From an uncultured Candidatus Saccharibacteria bacterium (GTDB lineage Bacteria; Patescibacteriota; Minisyncoccia; UBA6257; 2-01-FULL-56-20), in assembly GCA_964365185.1 (NCBI GenBank), contig CAYIOP010000001.1:34675-98674 (forward strand): a DNA stretch of 64,000 bases, in the 5' to 3' direction. Below the pieces are notes generated by a model. The model did not search any database, had not been told where the DNA came from, and saw only the letters and a program-made list of their open reading frames with translations. How positions within the stretch are numbered: the stretch's first letter is position 1; each line of letters starts with the position of its first letter. Position numbers and translations under genes: made by a program. This document shows, piece by piece, positions 18,760-27,836 of this stretch.

Positions 18760-20007
18760 TTAATCGTCTAATTTAAAGAGAGTGTCGTTGTTTTTCTTGA
18801 TTTCAGATTTCAAAATCTCAATGGCCTTATCAAATTGAGGGTCTTTATCTTTATCGATGTCGTCATCGCTTAATTTGATTTCGTAGTCCGGAGTTAGGCC
18901 TTTGCCTTCGATGATTCCACCTTTAGGTAAAACCCAGTTGGCAACCGTGATTTTAATGGAAGAGCCGTCTTTTAGGGTTTCGATTTGTTGGACTGTGCCT
19001 TTGCCAAAAGTTGTTTCTCCTATAAGCTTGATTCCTCGGTGATCTCTTAGAGCTCCGGCTAAAATTTCCGAAGCCGAAGCCGAACCGCTATTAACCAAAA
19101 TGACTACCGGGAAATCTTTTAAAGAAGCGTTGCCGCTTGAGAACAATTTTTGCTCTTCTGATTTTTTAGAAACTTCTTTAACAACAAGGGTGCCGCGAGG
19201 CAAAAACCAGCCGGCAATATCAACTGCGACCTGGAGATAGCCGCCGGGATCGTTTCTTAAATCAAGTACTATGCCTTTGCTACCGTTGGATAAGACCTGA
19301 ACTATGGCTTTATAGAAAAGAAGATTGGCATTGGCGTTAAAACTATCGAGGCGGATGTAGGCGATATTTCCCTCTTTCATTTCAAATTCGAGAGTTGGGA
19401 TAACTATGTTTTCTCTGACAATCGCAAAATCGCGAGGTTTTTCCCAACCGTCGCGGAAAATAGTTAAAGTGACTTTCGATCCGATTTCTCCTCGGATAAA
19501 TCCGATGGCTTCTTCAACATTTAAATTTTCGGTTGAGGAAGTGTTGATGGCTAAAATTATATCTTTGGGTTTAAGGCCGGCTTTTTCAGCTGGGCTGCCT
19601 TTGAGTGGGGAGATAACCGTGAGGTGATCGTCTCGGGTGCCGATTTCCGCTCCAATACCGCCGAAATTTCCTTGAATATCCTCTTCAAATTTTTTTCCAT
19701 CTTCGGGATTAAAAAATTCCGTGTGAGGGTCGCCTAAAGAATGAACCAATCCTGCGATAGCGCCATAGACCCGTTTTTGATTGTCAATTTTTTCCGCATT
19801 TAGAAATTGCTCGTCGATAACGCTCCAGGCCTGCCAAAATGCGCTGAAGTCAACATCTTTTTGATTTTTTGATTCAGTACCGGAGAGGTTTTTGATAACG
19901 ATATTTTTGGGAATGTTGCGGCCGAAATCGATGCCCAAAGAAAAAACACTGGCTAAAAGCCCCAAAATCACGGCAATAAAAATGATTCTTCGGAAGTTAG
20001 TTTTCAC
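18760..20007 (-). CDS. S41 carboxy-terminal processing protease (CtpA-like)
   Basis: PDZ domain GGIGAEI, LDLRNDPGG, SASASEI, TFGKGTVQ. Confidence 0.95.
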   Translation of the reverse strand: MKTNFRRIIFIAVILGLLASVFSLGIDFGRNIPKNIVIKNLSGTESKNQKDVDFSAFWQAWSVIDEQFLNAEKIDNQKRVYGAIAGLVHSLGDPHTEFFNPEDGKKFEEDIQGNFGGIGAEIGTRDDHLTVISPLKGSPAEKAGLKPKDIILAINTSSTENLNVEEAIGFIRGEIGSKVTLTIFRDGWEKPRDFAIVRENIVIPTLEFEMKEGNIAYIRLDSFNANANLLFYKAIVQVLSNGSKGIVLDLRNDPGGYLQVAVDIAGWFLPRGTLVVKEVSKKSEEQKLFSSGNASLKDFPVVILVNSGSASASEILAGALRDHRGIKLIGETTFGKGTVQQIETLKDGSSIKITVANWVLPKGGIIEGKGLTPDYEIKLSDDDIDKDKDPQFDKAIEILKSEIKKNNDTLFKLDD

Positions 20008-20063
20008 TTGAATATATTTTATCGGATTTATCTTTTTTCCACAAGATAGTTTTGGGTTAAATA

Positions 20064-20095
20064 AAAGGCCGCTCTGAAGAATCAGAACGGCTTTG
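20064..20095 (-). terminator. Intrinsic terminator
   Basis: GCCGCTCTGA..TCAGAACGGC hairpin with a T-run on the minus strand. Confidence 0.6.
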
Positions 20096-20105
20096 TTGTT
20101 TTTGA

Positions 20106-20669
20106 TTAAAACAAGGTGGGATAGTAGACAATTATGTATGATTTGAGAATTTCTCCAAGGAGTACAGCTATAATCGCAGTTGGTTGTGGATAGAAAACAC
20201 AGTGGCAGGTTCCGAATTTCGCGCCCAGGGGTATAAGTCCGAAGATTAGGAGTTTGAGGTGGCGTTTCGATTCATGAGCCAAAGGTTTTAAACCGCGACA
20301 ATCTTCGGCGGGTTTGTGGCTTAGAGTTTTAATCATGAAATTGGTGAATTTGATTATGATTCGTCCTAGCCACCTCCATCTTAATTTCTTGAGTTTTTCC
20401 TCATAACGGCGGCGTTTTTCTTTAAGTTGGGATTGCGCGGCTGATTTTAATAAGATTATTCGAAGGAGAAAAAGAGAACCCAAAAAATAAAGTATTAGAT
20501 AGATGACGATTGCGAGAAAAGTTAGTTTTTGGTGTTCGACTAGTCTTGGAGCTAGATACAAAATCACCACATCTACGGGAATAAGTCCGACGATAGCAAA
20601 TAGAATAATTCCATTTACAGCGATTTGAATTTGTCTTTGTTTCCACCATGATAACGACAGAATATTCAC
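20106..20669 (-). CDS. Orphan membrane protein
   Basis: GTG start chosen for the upstream AAGGAGG; hydrophobic segments; own promoter-like box and terminator. Confidence 0.7.
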   Translation of the reverse strand: MNILSLSWWKQRQIQIAVNGIILFAIVGLIPVDVVILYLAPRLVEHQKLTFLAIVIYLILYFLGSLFLLRIILLKSAAQSQLKEKRRRYEEKLKKLRWRWLGRIIIKFTNFMIKTLSHKPAEDCRGLKPLAHESKRHLKLLIFGLIPLGAKFGTCHCVFYPQPTAIIAVLLGEILKSYIIVYYPTLF

Positions 20670-20790
20670 CAAAACCTCCTTGTTTTCGATTGACAATGAG
20701 CTTGAGTGATATCTAGGATACCGAATGGATTGGATAAGGTCAAATATGGCGAAATTTGAAAATGCTGGTTAAAAAAACTAGAATAGAGGG

Positions 20791-21087
20791 GTGGATCAGG
20801 ATTATTTTGAGGAATTGCGGAGGCGATCCAAGGAATCGCGGGTTTACAGCCGACATCAGCTTTTAGGGCTTGAGATAGCTAAGATTTTAGGAGATGAGAA
20901 GCATAAAGCGCTTTATATTAAACTCGCTAAAGAGAATAATCCCGAGATTTTACTTACTTTGGCTAAACGAATTTCGGAAAACGTGAAGGTTAAAAATAAA
21001 GGCGCGTATTTTATGAAGATTTTGAGCGAGGAGAAAAAAGTGCAAAAAAATCGAAATGGACGAAAAGATTCTAGTGATTCAAAATAA
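20791..21087 (+). CDS. Hypothetical small basic protein upstream of def
   Basis: 98-aa ORF overlapping the def start. Confidence 0.8.
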   Translation: MDQDYFEELRRRSKESRVYSRHQLLGLEIAKILGDEKHKALYIKLAKENNPEILLTLAKRISENVKVKNKGAYFMKILSEEKKVQKNRNGRKDSSDSK

Positions 21088-21610
21088 AAAAGAAGAAAAA
21101 ATCTTGAGGCAAAGAACTCAAGATTTTAAGTTTTTGAAGAAAGGCTTGGTGATTGGCCGAGATGAATTTTCGTTTAGAGAACTTGATGATTTAATTCGAA
21201 AGATGCGGAGAATAATGAAGGAGGCCAGCGGCGTGGGGCTAAGCGCTAATCAGGTCGGTCTTCCCTATCGGATGTTTGTGGCGGAGGTTCTGGATGCTGA
21301 CGGTAATTTGAAGTTTTATGCGATTTTTAATCCTCGGCTTGAATTTTCTGGTAAGGAGAAGGCAAAGATGGAAGAGGGGTGTTTGAGCGTGCCTGGGAAA
21401 TACGGTTTTGTGGAGCGAGCTACCAGCGCGAAATTAACTGGATTAGATAAGCGTGGCCGAGCCCTTAGAATCAAGGCCTGGGGATTTTTGGCGCACGTAT
21501 TTCAGCATGAGGTGGACCATTTAGATGGTAAGCTTTTTATTGATAGAGCCAAAGAAATTTATGATATACCAAAAGTTGACGAACGTTTAGCTGCTAAATA
21601 TCGAAAATGA
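21056..21610 (+). CDS. def: Peptide deformylase
   Basis: GVGLSANQVG, EGCLSVP, QHEVDHLDG. Confidence 0.97.
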   Translation: MDEKILVIQNKKEEKILRQRTQDFKFLKKGLVIGRDEFSFRELDDLIRKMRRIMKEASGVGLSANQVGLPYRMFVAEVLDADGNLKFYAIFNPRLEFSGKEKAKMEEGCLSVPGKYGFVERATSAKLTGLDKRGRALRIKAWGFLAHVFQHEVDHLDGKLFIDRAKEIYDIPKVDERLAAKYRK

Positions 21611-22470
21611 AATTTGTTTTTTTTGGAACGCCGGAATTTGCTGAAATTGTTTTAGATAAATTAATTCAAGGCGGTTATATTCCGTCGGCGGTAATTTGTA
21701 ATCCAGACAGGCCAGTTGGCAGAAAAAAGATTATCACTCCCCCGCCGGTGAAGACGCGAATTATGAATTATGAATTAGGAATTAAGAATCAAATTAAGAT
21801 TTTGCAACCAGAGAAATTAAATCCTTCATCATTCTCGATTCATGATTCTTTATTCGATTTATTTGTCGTGGCGGCTTACGCTAAGATTATTCCAGCGGAG
21901 ATCTTAAAAATTCCGCGTCTTGGGGTAATCGGGGTTCATCCATCACTCCTGCCTAAGCATCGAGGGCCATCGCCGATTCAGTCAGTGATTTTAAACGGCG
22001 ATAAGGAGACAGGCGCTGCTCTGTATTTGATGGACGCTTTGGTGGATCATGGGCCGATTTTAGAAAGTCGAAAGTTGAAAATAGAAAGTAGAATAAATTA
22101 TTTAGAACTCGAGAGGCAGCTGGCGGAGTTAGGAGGAGACTTATTGGTTGAAGTGTTGCCAAAATTTGTTGAGGGAGAAATCAAGCCCGAGATTCAAAAT
22201 GAGGATGAAGCAACTTTCACCAAGAAATTTACCACTCAAGACGCGTTTGTGAATTACAGTGATTTACTCGAGGCGGAGAATGGTGATTTCAATTTAGCTT
22301 TAATGATTGACCGAAAAATTCGGGCTTTTGTGGCGGAGCCGGGTGCCTGGACGATTCGAGATGGGAAGCGAGTTAAACTTTTGGAGGCGGAAATTGTGGG
22401 AGTGAATTTACGGCTTAAGAAAATTCAAGTTGAGGGAGAGAGGCCGAAGATGGTAGAAAATAGTAAATAG
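21607..22470 (+). CDS. fmt: Methionyl-tRNA formyltransferase
   Basis: FFGTPEFA, PDRPVGR, VHPSLLPKHRGPSPIQ, DHGPI. Confidence 0.96.
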   Translation: MKFVFFGTPEFAEIVLDKLIQGGYIPSAVICNPDRPVGRKKIITPPPVKTRIMNYELGIKNQIKILQPEKLNPSSFSIHDSLFDLFVVAAYAKIIPAEILKIPRLGVIGVHPSLLPKHRGPSPIQSVILNGDKETGAALYLMDALVDHGPILESRKLKIESRINYLELERQLAELGGDLLVEVLPKFVEGEIKPEIQNEDEATFTKKFTTQDAFVNYSDLLEAENGDFNLALMIDRKIRAFVAEPGAWTIRDGKRVKLLEAEIVGVNLRLKKIQVEGERPKMVENSK

Positions 22471-22500
22471 AAAGCAGAAAATCGGACTGCAGAATGTTTT

Positions 22501-24207
22501 CTATATAATTTCTTTTAAGTAGCATTCCTTGCATAGAATTTCTTTGTAGTCCTCTAGGGTATAGCTGCTTTGGAATTTACTTTGGCATTTAAAACAGGTT
22601 CGTTCCACTAAAGTTAAATCTTTCACCCAGTCCTGGAATTTTTTTTCAATTCGGCAAAAGGGACATTCGCGCGGCAGAGGTAGATTCATTTGTTTTAGGA
22701 AGTCGAGTTCGGACTGAATGATTTTGAAGCCGCGGTCGCATTTAGCGCAACCAATAATTTCATTTAAAATATCGCGTGGAGCGTCTTTGATATGATCCGG
22801 AAGATGTTCCGATTTAATTGAGATTTGATGATTTTTGGGTTCGCTTTCTTTCCATGCGTAGCCGGCATTTAGTGTTTGTTCTTTTGTAAGCGGAAAAAAA
22901 TTATTGGCCATAGTTTCATTATAGGCCCAAGGACTCATCTCGATTGGGAAAAACTCGCCGTATTTATAAATTTGTCCGCGGCTGTTTTTATAAGGCATCT
23001 CATTCATATGATTGATAATTTTTTCACGGAGTTGCCAATATTCCTTTTCCGGATATTTTTTGTTGAAAATCACAAATTTTCCTTTCTTGAGCGATGAACA
23101 GGCAAAGTAGTTAGCGCCGCCAAGCACGGTATTGCAGTATTCGGCGTCGATTAAATTAATTCCACTTTGAGTGGAAAACTTTACTCGATGAGCTCCTTCT
23201 CCGGTTACGCTTACTTCGTAGCAGAGTTCCATATTGTTGCCCCAACTGGTGATATCATAGCAATTCTTAATGGGTGCAACGGCGAGCATAAATAAATATT
23301 TAGAATCAATCGCTCCGGCGACCTCGTAGCACTCCTTACAATTTTTGGACTCAAAAACATAATTGCCGGTACAGTTCGTCACAAATTCCGAACAATATGG
23401 CAGAGGCGGATGTTTTTGCCAATTTTCTTCACTCAATTTTTGAGCCAGTTTATAGTTTTGATACGAGCCCAAGTCGAATTCTTTTAATTTTTTAGCATAT
23501 TCCTCTGGGGTATATTTCTGATTGAAAAATACATACTTTTGATTTCTAAGATTGGTCGAGCCAAAACAATTTTGGCAATTTGCGGAGTCCCGAAGAAAAT
23601 GGCAGTTAAGCGATTCAGTAACCTGCTTACGCAGGCCAACGCACCGGTTATTTTTGAAAGAATGTTCGCAGTCGTAGCAGAGTTCGGAGTGACTAATAAG
23701 TGATGAATCGAGCGTATTTTTGGAGTTAGTGACGTAGAAGCCATAGCTGCAATCTTCACTGAAGTCGGCATGAAACAGGAGGTAGCAATTTTTGAGATTG
23801 CCAACATGATTGTTGTATTCGGAGTTGATCATCGTGGGCAAGGCATTCGAGAGTCCGATGGTCGGTACTTCCAGCCAAAATTTCTTTAATTGCTCAAAGA
23901 AGGGTTGATTAAAGTCATAGTCGCGGCTATATTCATAAGGGTCCCAGTCATCAGACCACCAACATTTAGGGCAGTAGATTTTATAAAGGGACTCTGGAGA
24001 AAACATGGAAAGAGAGTTTTTGCCGCAAAGATCGCATTTCCGCTTGTAAATTTTTAAAAGATTAAAAAAAGCCAGGCGCCTTTGAAAGCGGCACTTGGGA
24101 CAAAAAGTCGGTGGCGGGACTTCAATTTTTTGGTAGAAATTAAAGTCCTCGGGTTCGATGGTGAATTCAGATTTGCAATCTTGACAAATCTTTGTTTCTG
24201 AATTCAT
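22501..24207 (-). CDS. Cys-rich multi-zinc-ribbon protein (tandem copy 4)
   Basis: CQDC...VPPPTFCPKCR; terminal CFKC-x17-CKEC. Confidence 0.9.
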   Translation of the reverse strand: MNSETKICQDCKSEFTIEPEDFNFYQKIEVPPPTFCPKCRFQRRLAFFNLLKIYKRKCDLCGKNSLSMFSPESLYKIYCPKCWWSDDWDPYEYSRDYDFNQPFFEQLKKFWLEVPTIGLSNALPTMINSEYNNHVGNLKNCYLLFHADFSEDCSYGFYVTNSKNTLDSSLISHSELCYDCEHSFKNNRCVGLRKQVTESLNCHFLRDSANCQNCFGSTNLRNQKYVFFNQKYTPEEYAKKLKEFDLGSYQNYKLAQKLSEENWQKHPPLPYCSEFVTNCTGNYVFESKNCKECYEVAGAIDSKYLFMLAVAPIKNCYDITSWGNNMELCYEVSVTGEGAHRVKFSTQSGINLIDAEYCNTVLGGANYFACSSLKKGKFVIFNKKYPEKEYWQLREKIINHMNEMPYKNSRGQIYKYGEFFPIEMSPWAYNETMANNFFPLTKEQTLNAGYAWKESEPKNHQISIKSEHLPDHIKDAPRDILNEIIGCAKCDRGFKIIQSELDFLKQMNLPLPRECPFCRIEKKFQDWVKDLTLVERTCFKCQSKFQSSYTLEDYKEILCKECYLKEII

Positions 24208-24316
24208 TTTATTTTTTCCGAAATAAATTTGAGAGGTGATTTTTAAGTAGGGTCCAAAAAGCCCCTACGATAAGCTTAATAGTTCTAATGCGTATTTTGA
24301 TACTTGGATTCATGGA

Positions 24317-26107
24317 TTATTGAATTTCACCTTGATAGCATTCGGAACAGTAAATTATTTCAGGATCATTGTTTGAGTAGCTGGTCATAAATTTATTTTG
24401 ACACTTTGTTTCGCCATGAAGATGGGCGGTTCGATTTTCGTATATTATCTCTCCAGTTGAGTTTTCTGAAGTTCTTCCGCCACACATACAAAATTTTTCA
24501 GATAGATTATAGCGTTCTCGGCCGTTATTTCTGATATGGCGTCGGCATTCGGGGCAAAGTCGCGGAAGGGCGACGTTAATCATTCGGTAGAACTCCAGTT
24601 CCTTGGGAACGATTTTGAAAGCTCTTTTGCATTGGTGGGCACAATCTCCTCTATGAGAGCAGTTGATAATTTTTTCTAATATTTTGTCGTCCGTGTTTTT
24701 TATGTTATCCGGCAGATCTTCGGGATTTATGGTGTTCGCGTAGGTTTTTAGTTCCGCGTCTCGCCACCAAAGTTTTTGTTTTTGAGCTTTTTCTTTGGTG
24801 ATCGGGAAATAGCGCTGAGCTAAGGAGTTATTGTAGGCGCAGGTTGAAAATTCCGGCGGGAAGAATTCGCCGTACTTGTAAATGTGGCCAAGTTCGTTGA
24901 TGTAGGGTGTTTGCTTCATTTGTTCTATAATCTTCGGCACTATTTTTTCATATTCTTCCTTCGTGTATTGTTTATTTAGAATGCAGTACTTTTTTTTTCT
25001 TAACCCAACGCAGCCGAAAAGATGTTCGCATGATTGGCAAGTATCGCAGTATTGTAAATCTAAGCTTTCTCTGGCGCCGTTGGTGAATCTGATGTTTTGG
25101 GAATTAAACGCGCTGCTGGCGTAGATAAGCTCGCATTTTTCGCCTCCAGCGAAGACGTCGTAGCTGTCTTTGATTCTTCGGCCGCAGATTAGGAGATATT
25201 TGCTGTTTTCCGCGCCGTCTCTAACTTCGAAGCTATGCTGACAGTTTTTGGCGTTTTCGATGTCGTTGCCGGTGCAACCAACGGTGTTTTTTTCCGCCAT
25301 ATACTTTCTTGGGATTTTCGATTTAAGTTTTTCGAATTCTTTTTTGGCATCTTTTAAAGTTTTATGACTACCGAGATTTAGCTCCGACATTTTTTTTTCA
25401 TATTCTTTTTTGGAGTAGGGTTGATTGAAAATATGATATTGTTTGTTTCGTAAACCGACGCAGCCGAAACAGTTGGAGCAATTTCGGCAGTCGTAGAGAA
25501 ATTTTGAATCTAAACATTCATTGCATTGTTCAGAAAATAAAAGATTGAAACAGCGAGTACAAGAACAGGATTCATACATGTTTTCGCAAAAAATTAATAT
25601 TGAGACGTCAATGCATTTGCGGCTTACGGCAGGCGTGTCTGAATACATGCAGTCTTCAGAGAGATAGGCTCCGGAGACGAGGTAACAATTTTTTGAGTTT
25701 GAGGCCCAGGTGCAGTAATCGCAGTTTATTGAGTTAATTGAACGTACATTCGCTAAAGGAACAGAGTTTAAGAGTTTTAGAAATTGCTCGAAAAAGGGCT
25801 TTGAAAAATCGTAGTCGAGGCCATATTCGGTCGGATCCCAGGCATCGGACCACCAATAGTCGGAATCGTATATTTTGAGTCCTCTTTCCGAAGGATATCT
25901 AGAAATGAGTTCTTCGCTGTGGCCGGGTGCCTGGCATTTGACGCGGAAGAGCGCACCTTCATTCGACCAAATGAGTTTATGCATCATTCGGCACTTAGGA
26001 CAAAAAGTCGGCGGTGGGACTTTAATTTTTTCGTAGAAAGCGAAGTCATCGGGTTCGATGGTGAAAGTTGATTTGCAGTTTTGGCAAATTCGCGAATCTT
26101 GAGTCAT
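24317..26107 (-). CDS. Cys-rich multi-zinc-ribbon protein (tandem copy 3)
   Basis: Same architecture; extended terminal domain containing HLHG. Confidence 0.9.
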   Translation of the reverse strand: MTQDSRICQNCKSTFTIEPDDFAFYEKIKVPPPTFCPKCRMMHKLIWSNEGALFRVKCQAPGHSEELISRYPSERGLKIYDSDYWWSDAWDPTEYGLDYDFSKPFFEQFLKLLNSVPLANVRSINSINCDYCTWASNSKNCYLVSGAYLSEDCMYSDTPAVSRKCIDVSILIFCENMYESCSCTRCFNLLFSEQCNECLDSKFLYDCRNCSNCFGCVGLRNKQYHIFNQPYSKKEYEKKMSELNLGSHKTLKDAKKEFEKLKSKIPRKYMAEKNTVGCTGNDIENAKNCQHSFEVRDGAENSKYLLICGRRIKDSYDVFAGGEKCELIYASSAFNSQNIRFTNGARESLDLQYCDTCQSCEHLFGCVGLRKKKYCILNKQYTKEEYEKIVPKIIEQMKQTPYINELGHIYKYGEFFPPEFSTCAYNNSLAQRYFPITKEKAQKQKLWWRDAELKTYANTINPEDLPDNIKNTDDKILEKIINCSHRGDCAHQCKRAFKIVPKELEFYRMINVALPRLCPECRRHIRNNGRERYNLSEKFCMCGGRTSENSTGEIIYENRTAHLHGETKCQNKFMTSYSNNDPEIIYCSECYQGEIQ

Positions 26108-26129
26108 AGATGATTTTTGTTTTTTTGAT

Positions 26130-26163
26130 ACTATTCTCTAATTCGCGCGAATTAGAGAATAGT
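26130..26163. repeat. 34-bp perfect palindrome between tandem Cys-rich genes
   Basis: ACTATTCTCTAATTCGC|GCGAATTAGAGAATAGT. Confidence 0.9.
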
Positions 26164-26181
26164 TGGATAGAAGCGCCTTAA

Positions 26182-27834
26182 TTATGATATTTCGGCTTGA
26201 TAACATTCAACGCAGGAAATTTTTTGAAAAGTAAGTTTGGGTGAATAGTAATGTTCAATCTCTTTTTGGCAATAGACACATTTTCCTTTTTGCGGCTCCA
26301 TCATTAGAGTTAAGGGGTGAAAGCGGTTTAGGGTTCGCCAGTCAAAATGTTGTCTTGGTAGAGGGATTTCATGCTCGCGGTAAAACTGAAGTTCTGACGG
26401 GGCAATATTATAGCTTAATTTGGTTTCTGGACAGATGATGCGTTGTTTAGTAATGTCGTCTTTAACATTATCTATTTTATCCGGTAGGTCTTCCGACCTA
26501 ACTCCAACGTATTCCGGATTTTTAGGTTCTTCCCATTTAGCTCCGAATTTTAAAGCGCCCTCTTTTGTTTCGGGAAACATAATTTGAGCGAGAGAATAGT
26601 TGTATCCAGCATAGGCGGCGCTAAGTGGAAAAAATTTTCCCCACTCCCCTCTTTGCTTCATATCTGTTTCTATCTTTTTCTTTAGCGTTTCGTATTCTTG
26701 TTGGCTATATTGTTTGTTTAAAATGCAATATTTTTTCTTTCTTAATCCCACGCAGCCAAAACAATATTCGCACTCTTCGCAGTTATCCAGATAAGCGCTG
26801 TAGCGACAATAGCCGGTATAGAGATTACAGAAATTTTCATATCCCCATTGGTCCAGGGAACTCCGGGCGCATTTTTCCGATGGGCAGCCCACCGCATCAA
26901 TGAGGTCTTTACCGTCTATTCCCCTTAAAGAATAGCGGCAATTTTCCGATCTTTCCAAAAAATAACAGCTATGGCAGTTTTTGTTTTCCAATAAAAAGTT
27001 GCCGCTGGAATTTGAAATTTGGACATTAAAATGCGCGCGGTGAATCGTGTCTTTTTGAAGATGGCTCCAAAATTCTTTTTTTAGTTTTTCGACAGCGGAA
27101 TAAGAATTGAGTTCAAAACTTTTTATTTTTTTAAAATATTCTTCTTTTGAATAAGGTTGGTTTAAAATATAATATTGTTTATTTCTCAAATTCCAGGACA
27201 TAAAACAGTTTTGACAGTTGCGGCAGTCATAGAGAAAAGCGCCTTCTATACAGTCACGTGAGTTGAAGCAGTGTCGCAGTTTGAATCCCTTAAAACAATA
27301 GAGGCAGTCATAACATTTTTCTAGTTCAAAACAATAAGTTATATCCAGAGAATTTTTCGAGGCGAAAGCCCTGTAGCCATAACTGATATCCTCGATTTTC
27401 CAAGCTGACCTGGTGAGGTAGCAATTTTTTGATTCCCAAACATCGTCGGTCCAGTCACAATTGGTGTTTCTAAGACCGGTTTGATGAGGATGAGGAACTT
27501 TGGCTTGAAGTTCCATTAATTGTTCAATAAAAGGCCGGGAGGCGTCATAATCGCGGCCGTAGGCTAAAGAATCCCAGGCGTCTGAGACAAATTCTTCCCG
27601 TTCGTAGATTGGAAAAGGCACGCTCTCGGGTAAGACGGTAATGAGCCGTTTACCGCTTAGGGCGGAATTGGTGATTCGAAAGCGGCCAAAAATCCAAAAG
27701 GACAAAAGATATTTCCATCGACAGAGTGGGCATTGGTCTGGCGTCGGCAAATCGAATCTACTATAGAATTCTTTGTCGATATCTTCTATTTGAAATTCTT
27801 TTTGGCAGTTTCGGCACGTTTTGTTTTCAGTCAT
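26182..27834 (-). CDS. Cys-rich multi-zinc-ribbon protein (tandem copy 2)
   Basis: Start moved to MTENKTCRNC by alignment with paralogues; terminal CVYC-x17-CVEC. Confidence 0.9.
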   Translation of the reverse strand: MTENKTCRNCQKEFQIEDIDKEFYSRFDLPTPDQCPLCRWKYLLSFWIFGRFRITNSALSGKRLITVLPESVPFPIYEREEFVSDAWDSLAYGRDYDASRPFIEQLMELQAKVPHPHQTGLRNTNCDWTDDVWESKNCYLTRSAWKIEDISYGYRAFASKNSLDITYCFELEKCYDCLYCFKGFKLRHCFNSRDCIEGAFLYDCRNCQNCFMSWNLRNKQYYILNQPYSKEEYFKKIKSFELNSYSAVEKLKKEFWSHLQKDTIHRAHFNVQISNSSGNFLLENKNCHSCYFLERSENCRYSLRGIDGKDLIDAVGCPSEKCARSSLDQWGYENFCNLYTGYCRYSAYLDNCEECEYCFGCVGLRKKKYCILNKQYSQQEYETLKKKIETDMKQRGEWGKFFPLSAAYAGYNYSLAQIMFPETKEGALKFGAKWEEPKNPEYVGVRSEDLPDKIDNVKDDITKQRIICPETKLSYNIAPSELQFYREHEIPLPRQHFDWRTLNRFHPLTLMMEPQKGKCVYCQKEIEHYYSPKLTFQKISCVECYQAEIS

Positions 27835-27836
27835 AT

